A DNA stretch of 64,000 bases from Parcubacteria bacterium C7867-008 (GTDB taxonomy: Bacteria; Patescibacteriota; Minisyncoccia; Phycocordibacterales; Phycocordibacteraceae), in assembly GCA_001189215.1 (NCBI GenBank), contig LFCR01000006.1, positions 840-64,839 on the forward strand, given 5' to 3'. Positions 29,759-39,176 of the stretch are shown here, in pieces. The notes beneath the pieces are model-generated. The model worked only from the letters and a program-made list of their open reading frames with translations. It did no database searches and was not told the origin of the DNA. How positions within the stretch are numbered: position 1 is the stretch's first letter; every line of letters begins with the position of its first letter. The position numbers and the translations under genes are program-made.

Positions 29759-30844
29759 ATGAACCCACAGGAACCACTGCCATATATCCAGAAAGAACTT
29801 GCTGCTGGCGCTACAAAAGAAACCATTGAAGCCAACCTTCTTACTGAAGGGTGGTCTCCGGAAGTGATACAACAAGCATTCGTCACGATGCAGTCGTTAC
29901 CGACAGCACCACTAAGCACTGTTCCTGCGGAAATAATGCCAAAACCAAAGGAGGTACGGATCTTCGAATGGCTACTCTATGTTGGCTTTTTCTTTGAATT
30001 CCTAGCTAGCATGTCCAAGTACCTAGTACTAGTTGATACTAAAGACTTTGCTTCAACTGGAATTCTGTTTGCAGCTATGCCTGCGGGTATTTGGTTAGTT
30101 GTGCAGATTGCTTTTGCTTCTATAGCAATACGAAAGAAAATAAATTGGATGCGAATAGTAATTCTTATCCTATTTATGATTGGTTCAGTACAGACGATCG
30201 TTTTATTTGCACAAATCCTAATGGGGGGCTACGCGCAACGTACTATTGGTGGGTTAGGGATTGTCTATCCACTACTAGGTATTGCTGCGATCGCGATCCT
30301 TGGCGTTGCATTCCTATATGGTTTTTCAAAGACTTCAAATGATTGGTTTAGGGTCGCGGCTAATGTTCAGTTATTGGTAGGGGGCAAGAATGTGCTTTGG
30401 AAGAAAGGTATTCCACGATTAAACTTGATCCTACTGTTCATTTCCGCACTCTTAGTGTTTGGGCTTGATTTGTACATTCTCGTGTCTAGTGGTGGTGGTT
30501 TCAGTGGTTTCGGAGGACTCCTCCCGTTCTGGCTAGAGATGTTGGCTGCGTTTGTAGTGAATGCCGGCTTTGTACTTTATGAGAATTACAAACTTGCCCC
30601 AGGATTTGAAAAGACAACGTCGCCACTCGACAATCAAATTGCATCTCTAATCTTTATAAGGCATATTGCAGTCCTCCTTAACAGTGTGCCGGTAATACAA
30701 TTGTTCGGTGGTGCAGCAATTGTATTTGGCGGAATACCGTACCTAATATGCTATGTGATTTTTGTTCACAAGCGGAACAAAATTACAGACGCTCAGAATA
30801 GCTTGCTCACTTCTCCCATCACTAACTCAGCACCTGCTACATAA
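29759..30844 (+). CDS. Hypothetical polytopic membrane protein (soluble N-domain plus at least 8 TM helices)
   Basis: Hydropathy pattern only. Confidence 0.35.
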   Translation: MNPQEPLPYIQKELAAGATKETIEANLLTEGWSPEVIQQAFVTMQSLPTAPLSTVPAEIMPKPKEVRIFEWLLYVGFFFEFLASMSKYLVLVDTKDFASTGILFAAMPAGIWLVVQIAFASIAIRKKINWMRIVILILFMIGSVQTIVLFAQILMGGYAQRTIGGLGIVYPLLGIAAIAILGVAFLYGFSKTSNDWFRVAANVQLLVGGKNVLWKKGIPRLNLILLFISALLVFGLDLYILVSSGGGFSGFGGLLPFWLEMLAAFVVNAGFVLYENYKLAPGFEKTTSPLDNQIASLIFIRHIAVLLNSVPVIQLFGGAAIVFGGIPYLICYVIFVHKRNKITDAQNSLLTSPITNSAPAT

Positions 30845-31479
30845 TTAGTAGTGGTGTAAGAAGACAGTAGAGAGGATTCAATTGGTTTGCCATAAGTAAC
30901 CAGTATCTTAGGTCGTACCCGAAAGAATTGCTTGATGGTAATTCCCTCAAGTCCTTTGATTGATACTGGCACTATTTGAGCTCTAGTACTTTGAGAAAGG
31001 TATACAACACCTCCTTTGGGTTTTTGATCCGTTCCTTTCAGTACGATTCCTCCCATAGGGAAAATACCCACGCTTCCGCCACTCTCTAGAATTTGAATAT
31101 GGTGACGAAGTGCCTCTTCGTAATTATGTAAACCAGTGTATGCGGGATATGCACCAAGCATCTTAAACAACAGTCCACCATATACTAGATTACGTAGACC
31201 TTTCCCGTACTGTCCCTTCACTCGTGATACGTAAAAGAGAGGGAGATGTCGTGAGAAGAAGGGAATGCTAGCAACAATAAGTAACGGATCCAGTTCCGAG
31301 ACATGATTACTGGCAATGATTATTGGCCCTTTTGAGATTTGTAGATTCTCGATGCCTTTGACCTGTAGAGAACCAAACCATGAGAATAGTATCCGGAGCG
31401 GAAGCCAGGCAATACGCTGTAATAAGCTCGGGAAGAAGCTTTTTGGCTTTGGTTCTGGACCGGTTGTGCACAACACCAT
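30793..31479 (-). CDS. plsC: 1-acyl-sn-glycerol-3-phosphate acyltransferase (PlsC family)
   Basis: Acyltransferase HX4D motif IIASNHVSELDP, plus FPMGG and PVSIKG blocks. Confidence 0.65.
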   Translation of the reverse strand: MVLCTTGPEPKPKSFFPSLLQRIAWLPLRILFSWFGSLQVKGIENLQISKGPIIIASNHVSELDPLLIVASIPFFSRHLPLFYVSRVKGQYGKGLRNLVYGGLLFKMLGAYPAYTGLHNYEEALRHHIQILESGGSVGIFPMGGIVLKGTDQKPKGGVVYLSQSTRAQIVPVSIKGLEGITIKQFFRVRPKILVTYGKPIESSLLSSYTTTNYVAGAELVMGEVSKLF

Positions 31480-31542
31480 ATTGCAGATAATACTACCGTA
31501 TAATCTTTACATAGTGCATTTTTTATTTAATAAATTTCCCGT

Positions 31543-32205
31543 ATGAATCTCATGGTCATAGTTTTCTATGTACAGAACGTCCTCGCATCACTTCTCCTAG
31601 GTGGCAAATTTGCCATTCGCCGTGATCCAGTTTCGAAGAATTTCGGTATCGCTCTCTTGTTTGATGCAATCGCATTCGCTATTTGGTCTGCAGCAGTCAT
31701 CCTTAAGCCAGAAGCAATCCAAGAGTACATCTCATTCGGTACCATGGCCTTTGTGGTATCGCTATTCTTCCTGCTCGCATCTGGAGTTCAGCAGTTCCAG
31801 AAGAGTGCTCGAACAACCACACTTGTTATAGGTGCAATTGTTGGAATCGGTATTTTCTTCCTTGGGGGGCTTACCTCGTATCCGTCTCTTCCAGGATTCT
31901 CGCCTGAAGGATTCTTCTTCTTCAATGTGCATCCACTTCTACAAGCACTCTATGTGTTTGCCTTCATTATTGCTGCAATCCCAGCAATCGAAGCAATTTC
32001 ATCTAAGTTCCGTGGTAAATTCGCAACACTTATCCGTTATGGATTTATCCTTGAACTTGCAGGCGGTATTCTATTGATTACGTCAGTAAGTACAATGGCA
32101 AGTGCCGCAGCACTTTATCTCATTGGATGGGTGATTGGCATTGTGTACTTCGCACTTTGGACGACCATTCTATTCAACCGCAGTATTTGGGCAGAGGGTA
32201 ACTAA
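31543..32205 (+). CDS. Hypothetical polytopic membrane protein
   Basis: 6 predicted TM helices. No motif. Confidence 0.35.
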   Translation: MNLMVIVFYVQNVLASLLLGGKFAIRRDPVSKNFGIALLFDAIAFAIWSAAVILKPEAIQEYISFGTMAFVVSLFFLLASGVQQFQKSARTTTLVIGAIVGIGIFFLGGLTSYPSLPGFSPEGFFFFNVHPLLQALYVFAFIIAAIPAIEAISSKFRGKFATLIRYGFILELAGGILLITSVSTMASAAALYLIGWVIGIVYFALWTTILFNRSIWAEGN

Positions 32206-32265
32206 AACCATAGCTACTTTCTCGTTTCTTCTGCTCTACGATAGAGTAAGGACAACGCCTTACCT

Positions 32266-33216
32266 ATGAATCTATTGCTCACCGGAATCACCGGAAACGT
32301 GGGTCACGAAGTTGCTCTTGAACTCGACCGGCGTTCAATACATATCACCCCTCTTGTTAGAAAGGGCAGACAAGATCTCTCAGTTGGACCACTTCACTTT
32401 AATGAAGTGGTCCTTGCTGATCTGTTAAGTGATGACGATATTCAAATCATGGGAACTATAGATTGCATCATTCACTGCGCAGGTGCTGTGCATTTTCGAG
32501 ATGCAGGCACCAAAAATCAGGAAATGATGAATCGAATCGTGTCTCTAGCAAAGAAGTTAGACGTGCCAGTGTATTTCGCTAGTACTGCTTTTGTTTATAG
32601 ACCTGAAGGATCTTCCTTAATACCATCAAACAGTTACGAAGAAGACAAACTAAAGGCTGAAGAGATTCTAATAGAATCAGGTGTTGAGTATTGCATCTTA
32701 CGTCCTTCAGTCCTCGTCGGAAGCACTGCTACTGGTGCACTTCAAAACTACAGTGGGTACTATCAGATTGTAAAAGCATTCCTCGCTGCGGCTGAAGTTG
32801 CAAAGAAGCAGGGACGTACACTTAAGTTTCCTAAAGCGCAGGGCTTCTCACCCATACTTCCTATTGATCAAGCAGCTGAGTATCTTGTCTCATCAGCAGT
32901 AGAAGGAAGGAGAGGAATTGAATACATCACTAACTCAAACCCTCCTTCAACAGATTGGGTTCTCACCGAGACGTTAGAATTCTTTTCCATACAGGAGACC
33001 GTCGTTGGTATTGATTGTTCCTTTGAACAGTTCAGTACACGTACCCATACCGAAGAAGAGGCAACGTTATTCCATTTTATAGAAAACTTCAGTCCGTATT
33101 GGGCTTTGGACTATACTTTCCCACAATCCCAAATAATCGAGAACCTAATCAATCACGAGTACATGGTTAAGACATTAGAACGGTTTAGTGCAGATAATGA
33201 TATTGTCTATGCGTAA
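32266..33216 (+). CDS. NAD(P)-binding extended-SDR / NAD_binding_4-type reductase or epimerase
   Basis: N-terminal LLTGITGNVGHEV (GxxGxxG), an active-site YxxxK (SYEEDK), and IHCAGAVHF. First gene of a coupled seven-gene operon. Confidence 0.6.
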   Translation: MNLLLTGITGNVGHEVALELDRRSIHITPLVRKGRQDLSVGPLHFNEVVLADLLSDDDIQIMGTIDCIIHCAGAVHFRDAGTKNQEMMNRIVSLAKKLDVPVYFASTAFVYRPEGSSLIPSNSYEEDKLKAEEILIESGVEYCILRPSVLVGSTATGALQNYSGYYQIVKAFLAAAEVAKKQGRTLKFPKAQGFSPILPIDQAAEYLVSSAVEGRRGIEYITNSNPPSTDWVLTETLEFFSIQETVVGIDCSFEQFSTRTHTEEEATLFHFIENFSPYWALDYTFPQSQIIENLINHEYMVKTLERFSADNDIVYA

Positions 33217-34288
33217 TGATCGCATTAGCTACAGTCAGTGCTGGGAGGATCCTGAAGTACTTCAGGCGGCACTCATGGTTACTTCCGGAGATTCAGTCTT
33301 ATCTATTAGTTCGGGAGGAGATAATACACTGGCGCTTCTTTCAAAGGGACCAAAAAGAGTGGTGTCTATTGATCTCAACCCTGCACAGAACTATTTGCTT
33401 GAACTTAAACATGCTGCAGCAAGGCAGCTTTCATATGCGGAATATCTAGAATTTCTAGGGGTACGAGAATCAACGCAACGAGTTGATATATATAAAACCA
33501 TCAGCTCAAGTCTTTCAGCAGAAGCAGTAGTGTGGTGGGGAACGCACACCAACCTCATTAGAAACGGCATTATTCACTCAGGACGATTCGAGAAGTTCGT
33601 GCGATTCTTTGCTCGGTATGTGTTGCCATACATCCATTCACGAAAGACCATTACCTCCTTGCTTTCTTCCTCAGAGATTGAAGCTCAGAAGGAGTTCTAC
33701 GAGACAAAGTGGAATACGGCTCTTTGGAGACTCTTCTTCAGGATCGCATCAAGTCGTTTTCTGTTGGGTCGTGCGCGTCAACCCATAATGTTTACTCAAG
33801 CAGACACAGGGGGTGTTGCAGAAATATACCGACAGCGACTTGAACGACATCTACGTACTAAAACGGTGCGTGGTAATTTCTTTCTTGAGTACAACCTTAC
33901 CGGCAATTATGTACATGGATTACCACCGTACCTTGAAGAGAACTGTTATCAGTCTTTGAGAAAGCAGGACAAGGACTCTCTCTGCATTGTTTCTGATACG
34001 GTACTCGAATACTTTCGCTCTACCCCTGATACAACATTCTCTGCATACAATCTCTCAGACATATTTGAAGCGCTATCTGATTCTGAGCATGAATCTATGT
34101 GGCAGGAGATAGTTCGTACTGCAAAGCCAGGCGCGCGGATCGCATACTGGACTAATCTGGTACCACGAACTATTCCTATAACTGTTGCAGCTTCAGTCAC
34201 TGATGAGCACCTGTTTGCAGAGGACCTCCATGCAAAGGATCGTGTGTTTTTCTACGACACCTTTAAAGTTCACACTATTGTGAAATGA
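33209..34288 (+). CDS. DUF3419-family protein, BtaA-like (S-adenosylmethionine:diacylglycerol 3-amino-3-carboxypropyltransferase family)
   Basis: The N-terminal block ISYSQCWEDPEVLQAALMVTSGDSVLSISSGGDNTLALLSKGPKRVVSIDLNPAQNYLLELK matches my recollection of the DUF3419/BtaA N-terminal signature. The ATG at 33209 overlaps the upstream stop by 8 nt. Confidence 0.5.
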   Translation: MRNDRISYSQCWEDPEVLQAALMVTSGDSVLSISSGGDNTLALLSKGPKRVVSIDLNPAQNYLLELKHAAARQLSYAEYLEFLGVRESTQRVDIYKTISSSLSAEAVVWWGTHTNLIRNGIIHSGRFEKFVRFFARYVLPYIHSRKTITSLLSSSEIEAQKEFYETKWNTALWRLFFRIASSRFLLGRARQPIMFTQADTGGVAEIYRQRLERHLRTKTVRGNFFLEYNLTGNYVHGLPPYLEENCYQSLRKQDKDSLCIVSDTVLEYFRSTPDTTFSAYNLSDIFEALSDSEHESMWQEIVRTAKPGARIAYWTNLVPRTIPITVAASVTDEHLFAEDLHAKDRVFFYDTFKVHTIVK

Positions 34289-35169
34289 AACTAAATCTCC
34301 TAAAAAGAATACGAACATATCAGAAAGAGCGGTTCCCACTAGTGGTACTGCTCCTCAGTCTCGTACCCGCAATTCTTAGTTCTGGTGCAGTGGTTGGGGG
34401 AGTGGTGCACCTGGTTCCTCTACTCTGTGCCGTTGTTGTTTCAGTTGCATATTTAGCGCACATTCGAATCATTGATGAACAGCGCGACTATCTCCATGAC
34501 AATGAATACCACAAGACACGTCCTATTCAGGCAGGGGTGATAACGCTATCTGAGCTTCGTACGATAGATCTAGGTATTGTCGTACTAATTCTGGCAGTCT
34601 CTTTTTCGTTAGGACTAATTCCACTGATTACTTCGCTAGTGTTAATTGCGTATTCATACCTTGCCGGTAGGGAATTCTTCTTGGGTGAGAGGTTGCGATC
34701 TCATTTCTTTCTGTATAACAGCGTTAATCTGTTGCAGATGGTATTGATGCAGGTGTTGGTGTATGCCATGTTCGGATTATCAACACTACCTACTGCGCTT
34801 ATAGTACTACACTTCCTTTTCACCACCTCAGGAACACTCATCTTTGAGTTCCTACGAAAGGTAAAAATTCCTGGTGAAGATGGAACCGGCAAGGACACGT
34901 ATACCTGGTATGTCCCTTTTGGGAGAGCACTCTGGATATACTTCCTCCTTTTCTTGGTGACGGTATCACTCTTCTTCCTGCTTATTTTACATACTCAAAT
35001 AAATCAGTATTGGTGGATGTGGATAGGGATTATTGAGGTTTGTTCTGCTCTATTTTGGACGATCCTACACAGTACGCAAAAGACGCATAAGACAGAACAG
35101 GCCTTGCAAGGCTCCTTTCTCCTTAATTATGCGATTCTCAATATGATCATTTACTTTGCTATCATCTAG
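34285..35169 (+). CDS. UbiA-superfamily membrane prenyl/alkyl-transferase-like protein
   Basis: 8 TM helices. IIDEQRDYLHDNEYHKTRPIQAGVITLSE resembles the UbiA motif NDxxDxxxD...RPlxsG, with Ile replacing Asn. 4-nt overlap upstream. Confidence 0.45.
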   Translation: MKLNLLKRIRTYQKERFPLVVLLLSLVPAILSSGAVVGGVVHLVPLLCAVVVSVAYLAHIRIIDEQRDYLHDNEYHKTRPIQAGVITLSELRTIDLGIVVLILAVSFSLGLIPLITSLVLIAYSYLAGREFFLGERLRSHFFLYNSVNLLQMVLMQVLVYAMFGLSTLPTALIVLHFLFTTSGTLIFEFLRKVKIPGEDGTGKDTYTWYVPFGRALWIYFLLFLVTVSLFFLLILHTQINQYWWMWIGIIEVCSALFWTILHSTQKTHKTEQALQGSFLLNYAILNMIIYFAII

Positions 35170-35171
35170 GC

Positions 35172-37442
35172 ATGCGTGCCGGCGGGAAAGCAGATTCACT
35201 CAAGAAAATTAGAAGCGCTGGACTTAATGTCCCACCGTTTATTGTCTGTGGTCCAACATGGTCTTTAGATACGATACTCACTACCGTTCAGAAAGAACTG
35301 CCTGAAGTACAGTATTTTGCCGTTCGGTCTTCTGGTGCTCAGGAGGATTCAAAGAAGCAATCATTCGCTGGGCAATTCTATTCTGCAGTTGGTGTCTCGT
35401 TTTCAGATATATCGAATGAAGTTAGTAACGTGCGCACATCCTTTGGTGAAATGGAGGGCTCGGTCATTATTCAAGAGTTTATCGCTAGTGATTATGCTGG
35501 TGTTTTATTTACGAGAGTTGGTGGAGATGTATCAGTGCTTAATGCTATAGAAGGACTATGTCTGCCAGTGGTTAATGGTGAGTCTTGTGATGAATACATT
35601 TGTGCAGAGGACGGTACGCTACAGAGCGTAACGATTCCAGAAGAGAAAGAGGCTATGCGTTTCCGGGAGGGGAGGATGGTACACGAAAAACGATCAGGGC
35701 ACGCGCTTACTTCAGAACAGATTTCAAAGGTGCTTGTGATTGGCAGGCAACTGGAGCAGCTCTTTGGGTGCCCGCAAGATATTGAGTGGTGTTTCCGTGG
35801 AGAAGAACTCTATATATTGCAGTCTCGTCCTATAACTAAAGGATTCATAATTGAACAAGAGATTCATTTTGATAGTGCAAATATCGCTGAAAGTTATTCA
35901 GGTATTGTTCTCCCACTCACGTGTACATTTGCTAGCACGGTATACGAACAGGTATATAAAGACTTGCTGATTAAGTCTGGTATTTCAAGCCGGAAGGTTG
36001 AACAGCACTCAACCATATTTGAGAATCTGCTCGCGTTCTCCTACGGAAGGATGTACTACAACATGAATAATTGGTACCGGATGGCAGAATTTGCTCCCGG
36101 GTATAAGAGAAACAAACAGAACTTTGAGCGAATGATAACCAGCTCAATTCAGGAAGACGTGAGCAGGGCAATTCGTCCTCACTGGAGCTTTATAATTCTG
36201 TACCCTTGGATTATTGCCTGGAAGATCATGGGCTTTGACTATACGTGCTGGCAATTCAAAACAAAGGTTACTAAACATCTCCGTGATCTTCGAGTTCAAG
36301 ACTTTGAGAAACTTGAGTACGCATCCTGCATACAGCTATTTGATTCTATTAATCAGAATCTACTCAGACGCTGGTATGTAACGGTGGAGAATGATTTCTT
36401 TGTTATGACGTATTTAGGAATACTCGGAAAGCTCCTTAATGAAAAAGAACTCCAAGAATCAATTATCTTTCCAAGCAAGGCGACAGAACAGATTCAAGCT
36501 CTTGTAGAACTAAGTAACACGTTAAGCGGAAACAGTGAGGCGTGGAAGGCAGTTGAATCTAACGACCCAAATAGTTTTGGATCGGTACTGCAGGCTAACC
36601 CTGAACTTCAGAAGTCTCTTGATGAATATCTTGATATCTTTGGCGGTAGATTTGCGAATGAATTGAAACTTGAATCGGTTGATGTTGATGAGGATGTTAC
36701 CAGGTTGTTTGCCCTACTTAAAGCATATCGTACTCACGAGCTTAAAACAGAACAGCAAGCTCTAGCTACCCCTAAAAGTCTAATTGTGCGCATGGTGCTT
36801 TCCGTGTTTAAAAAGCATGCCGGTAGACGAGAAGAATTTCGGCTACTGCGTTCTAATACATTTGCGATGGCTCGGAAACTATTTAAACGGATGGGACATA
36901 TTCTTACTGAGGAGCGAGTTCTTTTAGATGAGAAAGATGTGTTTTATCTCCACCTTAGTGAACTCATGTCAGCTGAGGCACCATCCAACTATCATTTGAA
37001 AGATGTGGTTGCTAAACGTAAAGACGAGTACTCACAGTATGCAGATGTGCACCCACCTGCGTACTTTTCAAGTAGGGGAGGTAGGCCACCGGCAATGGAA
37101 ATACAGAATACAACTCAACCTAATGACAAAACGATATACGGTAAGCCAGCATCTCCAGGAATCGTTTCAGGCAAGGTGCGCGTCTTTGGTGACTTTCATA
37201 TCCCGAATGAAATTGATTTTGATATTCTCATAACGTCTCATACCGATCCTGGATGGACTCCACTCATTGCGCTGTCTAAAGGTCTCATTATCGAGCACGG
37301 AGGCGTGCTCTCGCATGCTTCTATTGTTGCTCGTGAGTTGGGTGTCCCTGCGGTGATTGGTATTAGCAATGCCATGCAGATCTTCAAGGATGGTCAGGAA
37401 GTGCGCATAGATGGATCTACTGGCAGTATTACCGTCCTATAG
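35172..37442 (+). CDS. PEP-utilizing phosphotransferase (PPDK-N-type ATP-grasp plus C-terminal phospho-His swivel domain), PEP-synthase/rifampicin-phosphotransferase-like
   Basis: N-terminal GGKADSLKKIRSAGLNVPPFIV (PPDK_N nucleotide-binding domain). The C-terminal TDPGWTPLIALSKGLIIEHGGVLSHASIVARELGVPAVIG carries the PEP-utilizer catalytic His motif. Confidence 0.7.
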   Translation: MRAGGKADSLKKIRSAGLNVPPFIVCGPTWSLDTILTTVQKELPEVQYFAVRSSGAQEDSKKQSFAGQFYSAVGVSFSDISNEVSNVRTSFGEMEGSVIIQEFIASDYAGVLFTRVGGDVSVLNAIEGLCLPVVNGESCDEYICAEDGTLQSVTIPEEKEAMRFREGRMVHEKRSGHALTSEQISKVLVIGRQLEQLFGCPQDIEWCFRGEELYILQSRPITKGFIIEQEIHFDSANIAESYSGIVLPLTCTFASTVYEQVYKDLLIKSGISSRKVEQHSTIFENLLAFSYGRMYYNMNNWYRMAEFAPGYKRNKQNFERMITSSIQEDVSRAIRPHWSFIILYPWIIAWKIMGFDYTCWQFKTKVTKHLRDLRVQDFEKLEYASCIQLFDSINQNLLRRWYVTVENDFFVMTYLGILGKLLNEKELQESIIFPSKATEQIQALVELSNTLSGNSEAWKAVESNDPNSFGSVLQANPELQKSLDEYLDIFGGRFANELKLESVDVDEDVTRLFALLKAYRTHELKTEQQALATPKSLIVRMVLSVFKKHAGRREEFRLLRSNTFAMARKLFKRMGHILTEERVLLDEKDVFYLHLSELMSAEAPSNYHLKDVVAKRKDEYSQYADVHPPAYFSSRGGRPPAMEIQNTTQPNDKTIYGKPASPGIVSGKVRVFGDFHIPNEIDFDILITSHTDPGWTPLIALSKGLIIEHGGVLSHASIVARELGVPAVIGISNAMQIFKDGQEVRIDGSTGSITVL

Positions 37443-37444
37443 CT

Positions 37445-38446
37445 ATGGAACTAAGAATGTACTCTCCTGACGATCCATCAGCATTCTTTGCACTACTTAC
37501 AAAGAAATATATCCAACATGAGAACTTCGAGTACTTCCTAAAGGATTCTGAGATTGCATATACATTCTGTACTCAAAGCACATCTATAACCTTTATTCCG
37601 ATTGCTGCATTTGAAGATGGTATATGTGTTGCACACATTGCACTCATACTTGATAGCAGACTTCCAAAAGGTGAGGCCTTCTTTGGCTTTCTCGAAGTAC
37701 CTAATGATGCATCCTGTTTTGATAAGCTCTGGGACGCTCTCCTTAGGGAATCTCAGCATCACGGCATAACTACGCTTAAAGGGCCCGTTAATGGTAGTAT
37801 CTGGCATCAGTATCGTTGTATAGAAGAAACAGATGGTTCGGAATTCTTCACTGCAGAACCGATAACAGAAACCTATTACTACCATCTGCTTACTGAGAAG
37901 CGTCCGAGTTCTGAAATACAGTATTTCTCTGCTTATCGCACTCGTTACAGCATGATTCTTACGCTCCTGGGTGCCGCATCATATACTCGTCTTTCTCTCA
38001 CCGGATTTTCCATTAAGGAAGCAACAGAGGTCAGTATTGAAGAAATGCGAACCATTGCAGACATATCAAAGAAGACGTTCCATTCAAATTGGGGCTATAC
38101 AGAACTAACAGAGCAAGAATTCCTACAACTCTATTCTCCTCAGAAACTGAATGCACATCTCAATAGTTTGTATCTTCTCTATAAAGGTGAGGCGATTATA
38201 GGATTCCTTAGTACAGCAAAAGAGAATGATTCAACATTAATTTGTAAGACGATTTGTATTGTACCCGAGTACCAAGGACAAGGGCTCGGAAATGCGCTTG
38301 CATACAAGTTACATCAAGATGCAGAAAATAATGGCATTACCAAAATTGTGTATGCCCTTATACGAGAAGGGAATGCCATAAAGAAATTTCCAAAAGAGCA
38401 CGCAGTTATCTTTCGTAAATACGCTGCATTTGAATTCACGCTATAA
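37445..38446 (+). CDS. GNAT-family N-acyltransferase (two-lobed)
   Basis: C-terminal acyl-CoA binding motif VPEYQGQGLGNALAYKL (Q/R-x-x-G-x-G/A). The N-terminal half is also GNAT-like in size. Confidence 0.55.
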   Translation: MELRMYSPDDPSAFFALLTKKYIQHENFEYFLKDSEIAYTFCTQSTSITFIPIAAFEDGICVAHIALILDSRLPKGEAFFGFLEVPNDASCFDKLWDALLRESQHHGITTLKGPVNGSIWHQYRCIEETDGSEFFTAEPITETYYYHLLTEKRPSSEIQYFSAYRTRYSMILTLLGAASYTRLSLTGFSIKEATEVSIEEMRTIADISKKTFHSNWGYTELTEQEFLQLYSPQKLNAHLNSLYLLYKGEAIIGFLSTAKENDSTLICKTICIVPEYQGQGLGNALAYKLHQDAENNGITKIVYALIREGNAIKKFPKEHAVIFRKYAAFEFTL

Positions 38447-38449
38447 CAT

Positions 38450-39067
38450 ATGGAACTTTTAGGACTTATTTTCGCTTCATCTATTTGCATCCTTATAACA
38501 GAAGTGTTGAAACGAAGGTTTTCTCTCCCTGCCTCAATAACAAGAAGGGTAGTGCATGTGCTAACAGCAGTAGTTGCAGCAGCAGCCCCGCTGTTTGTAT
38601 CTGAGAGGGAGATAATTATAGTAAGTCTCTTATTTGCTGCAGTCTTATGGTGGAGTCATTCACGTGGACTCCTCTCATCTATTCATTCTGTTGAGCGCAA
38701 GACATTCGGAGAAGTATGGCTCCCAATTGGTATAGCCATAACTGCTTTCTTGTTCCTCCCAAACTCAGTTGCCTCGTTCCAGTTTGGAGTACTTATCATG
38801 GGTATTTCAGACCCTATAGCAGGCTTCGTTGGAGAAACCCGAGGGAAGCGACGATTAGCATTTCTTGGATCAACTAAAAGTATTGAAGGATCAGCTGCTT
38901 TCTTTACTTCAAGTATGCTTCTCACAGCTCTCCTCATACCAGTATTTGGGTGCCATCTCCTTCTTATACCGTTACTGCTTACTATTCTAGAATTTGTACT
39001 GATCTTCGGATTAGATAATCTATTTCTCCCTATTGCAGGAGCTTTTCTTGCGCAGATGTTCCTTTGA
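38450..39067 (+). CDS. CTP_transf_1-superfamily membrane protein (dolichol/phytol-kinase or CDP-diglyceride-synthase-like)
   Basis: 6 TM helices. ISDPIAGFVGETRGKRR...GSTKSIEGSAAFF resembles the conserved K-T/S-x-EG block of the dolichol kinase / phytol kinase / CdsA family. Confidence 0.45.
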   Translation: MELLGLIFASSICILITEVLKRRFSLPASITRRVVHVLTAVVAAAAPLFVSEREIIIVSLLFAAVLWWSHSRGLLSSIHSVERKTFGEVWLPIGIAITAFLFLPNSVASFQFGVLIMGISDPIAGFVGETRGKRRLAFLGSTKSIEGSAAFFTSSMLLTALLIPVFGCHLLLIPLLLTILEFVLIFGLDNLFLPIAGAFLAQMFL

Positions 39068-39176
39068 CTGGTGGTGTAACGTATTACTGGCTTGCTGTTT
39101 AGATCCGAATATGGGGAAAGGAAACACGCATGAAGTTTACGTGATGCTACTATATACATAGTTCTGCACTCACCAC

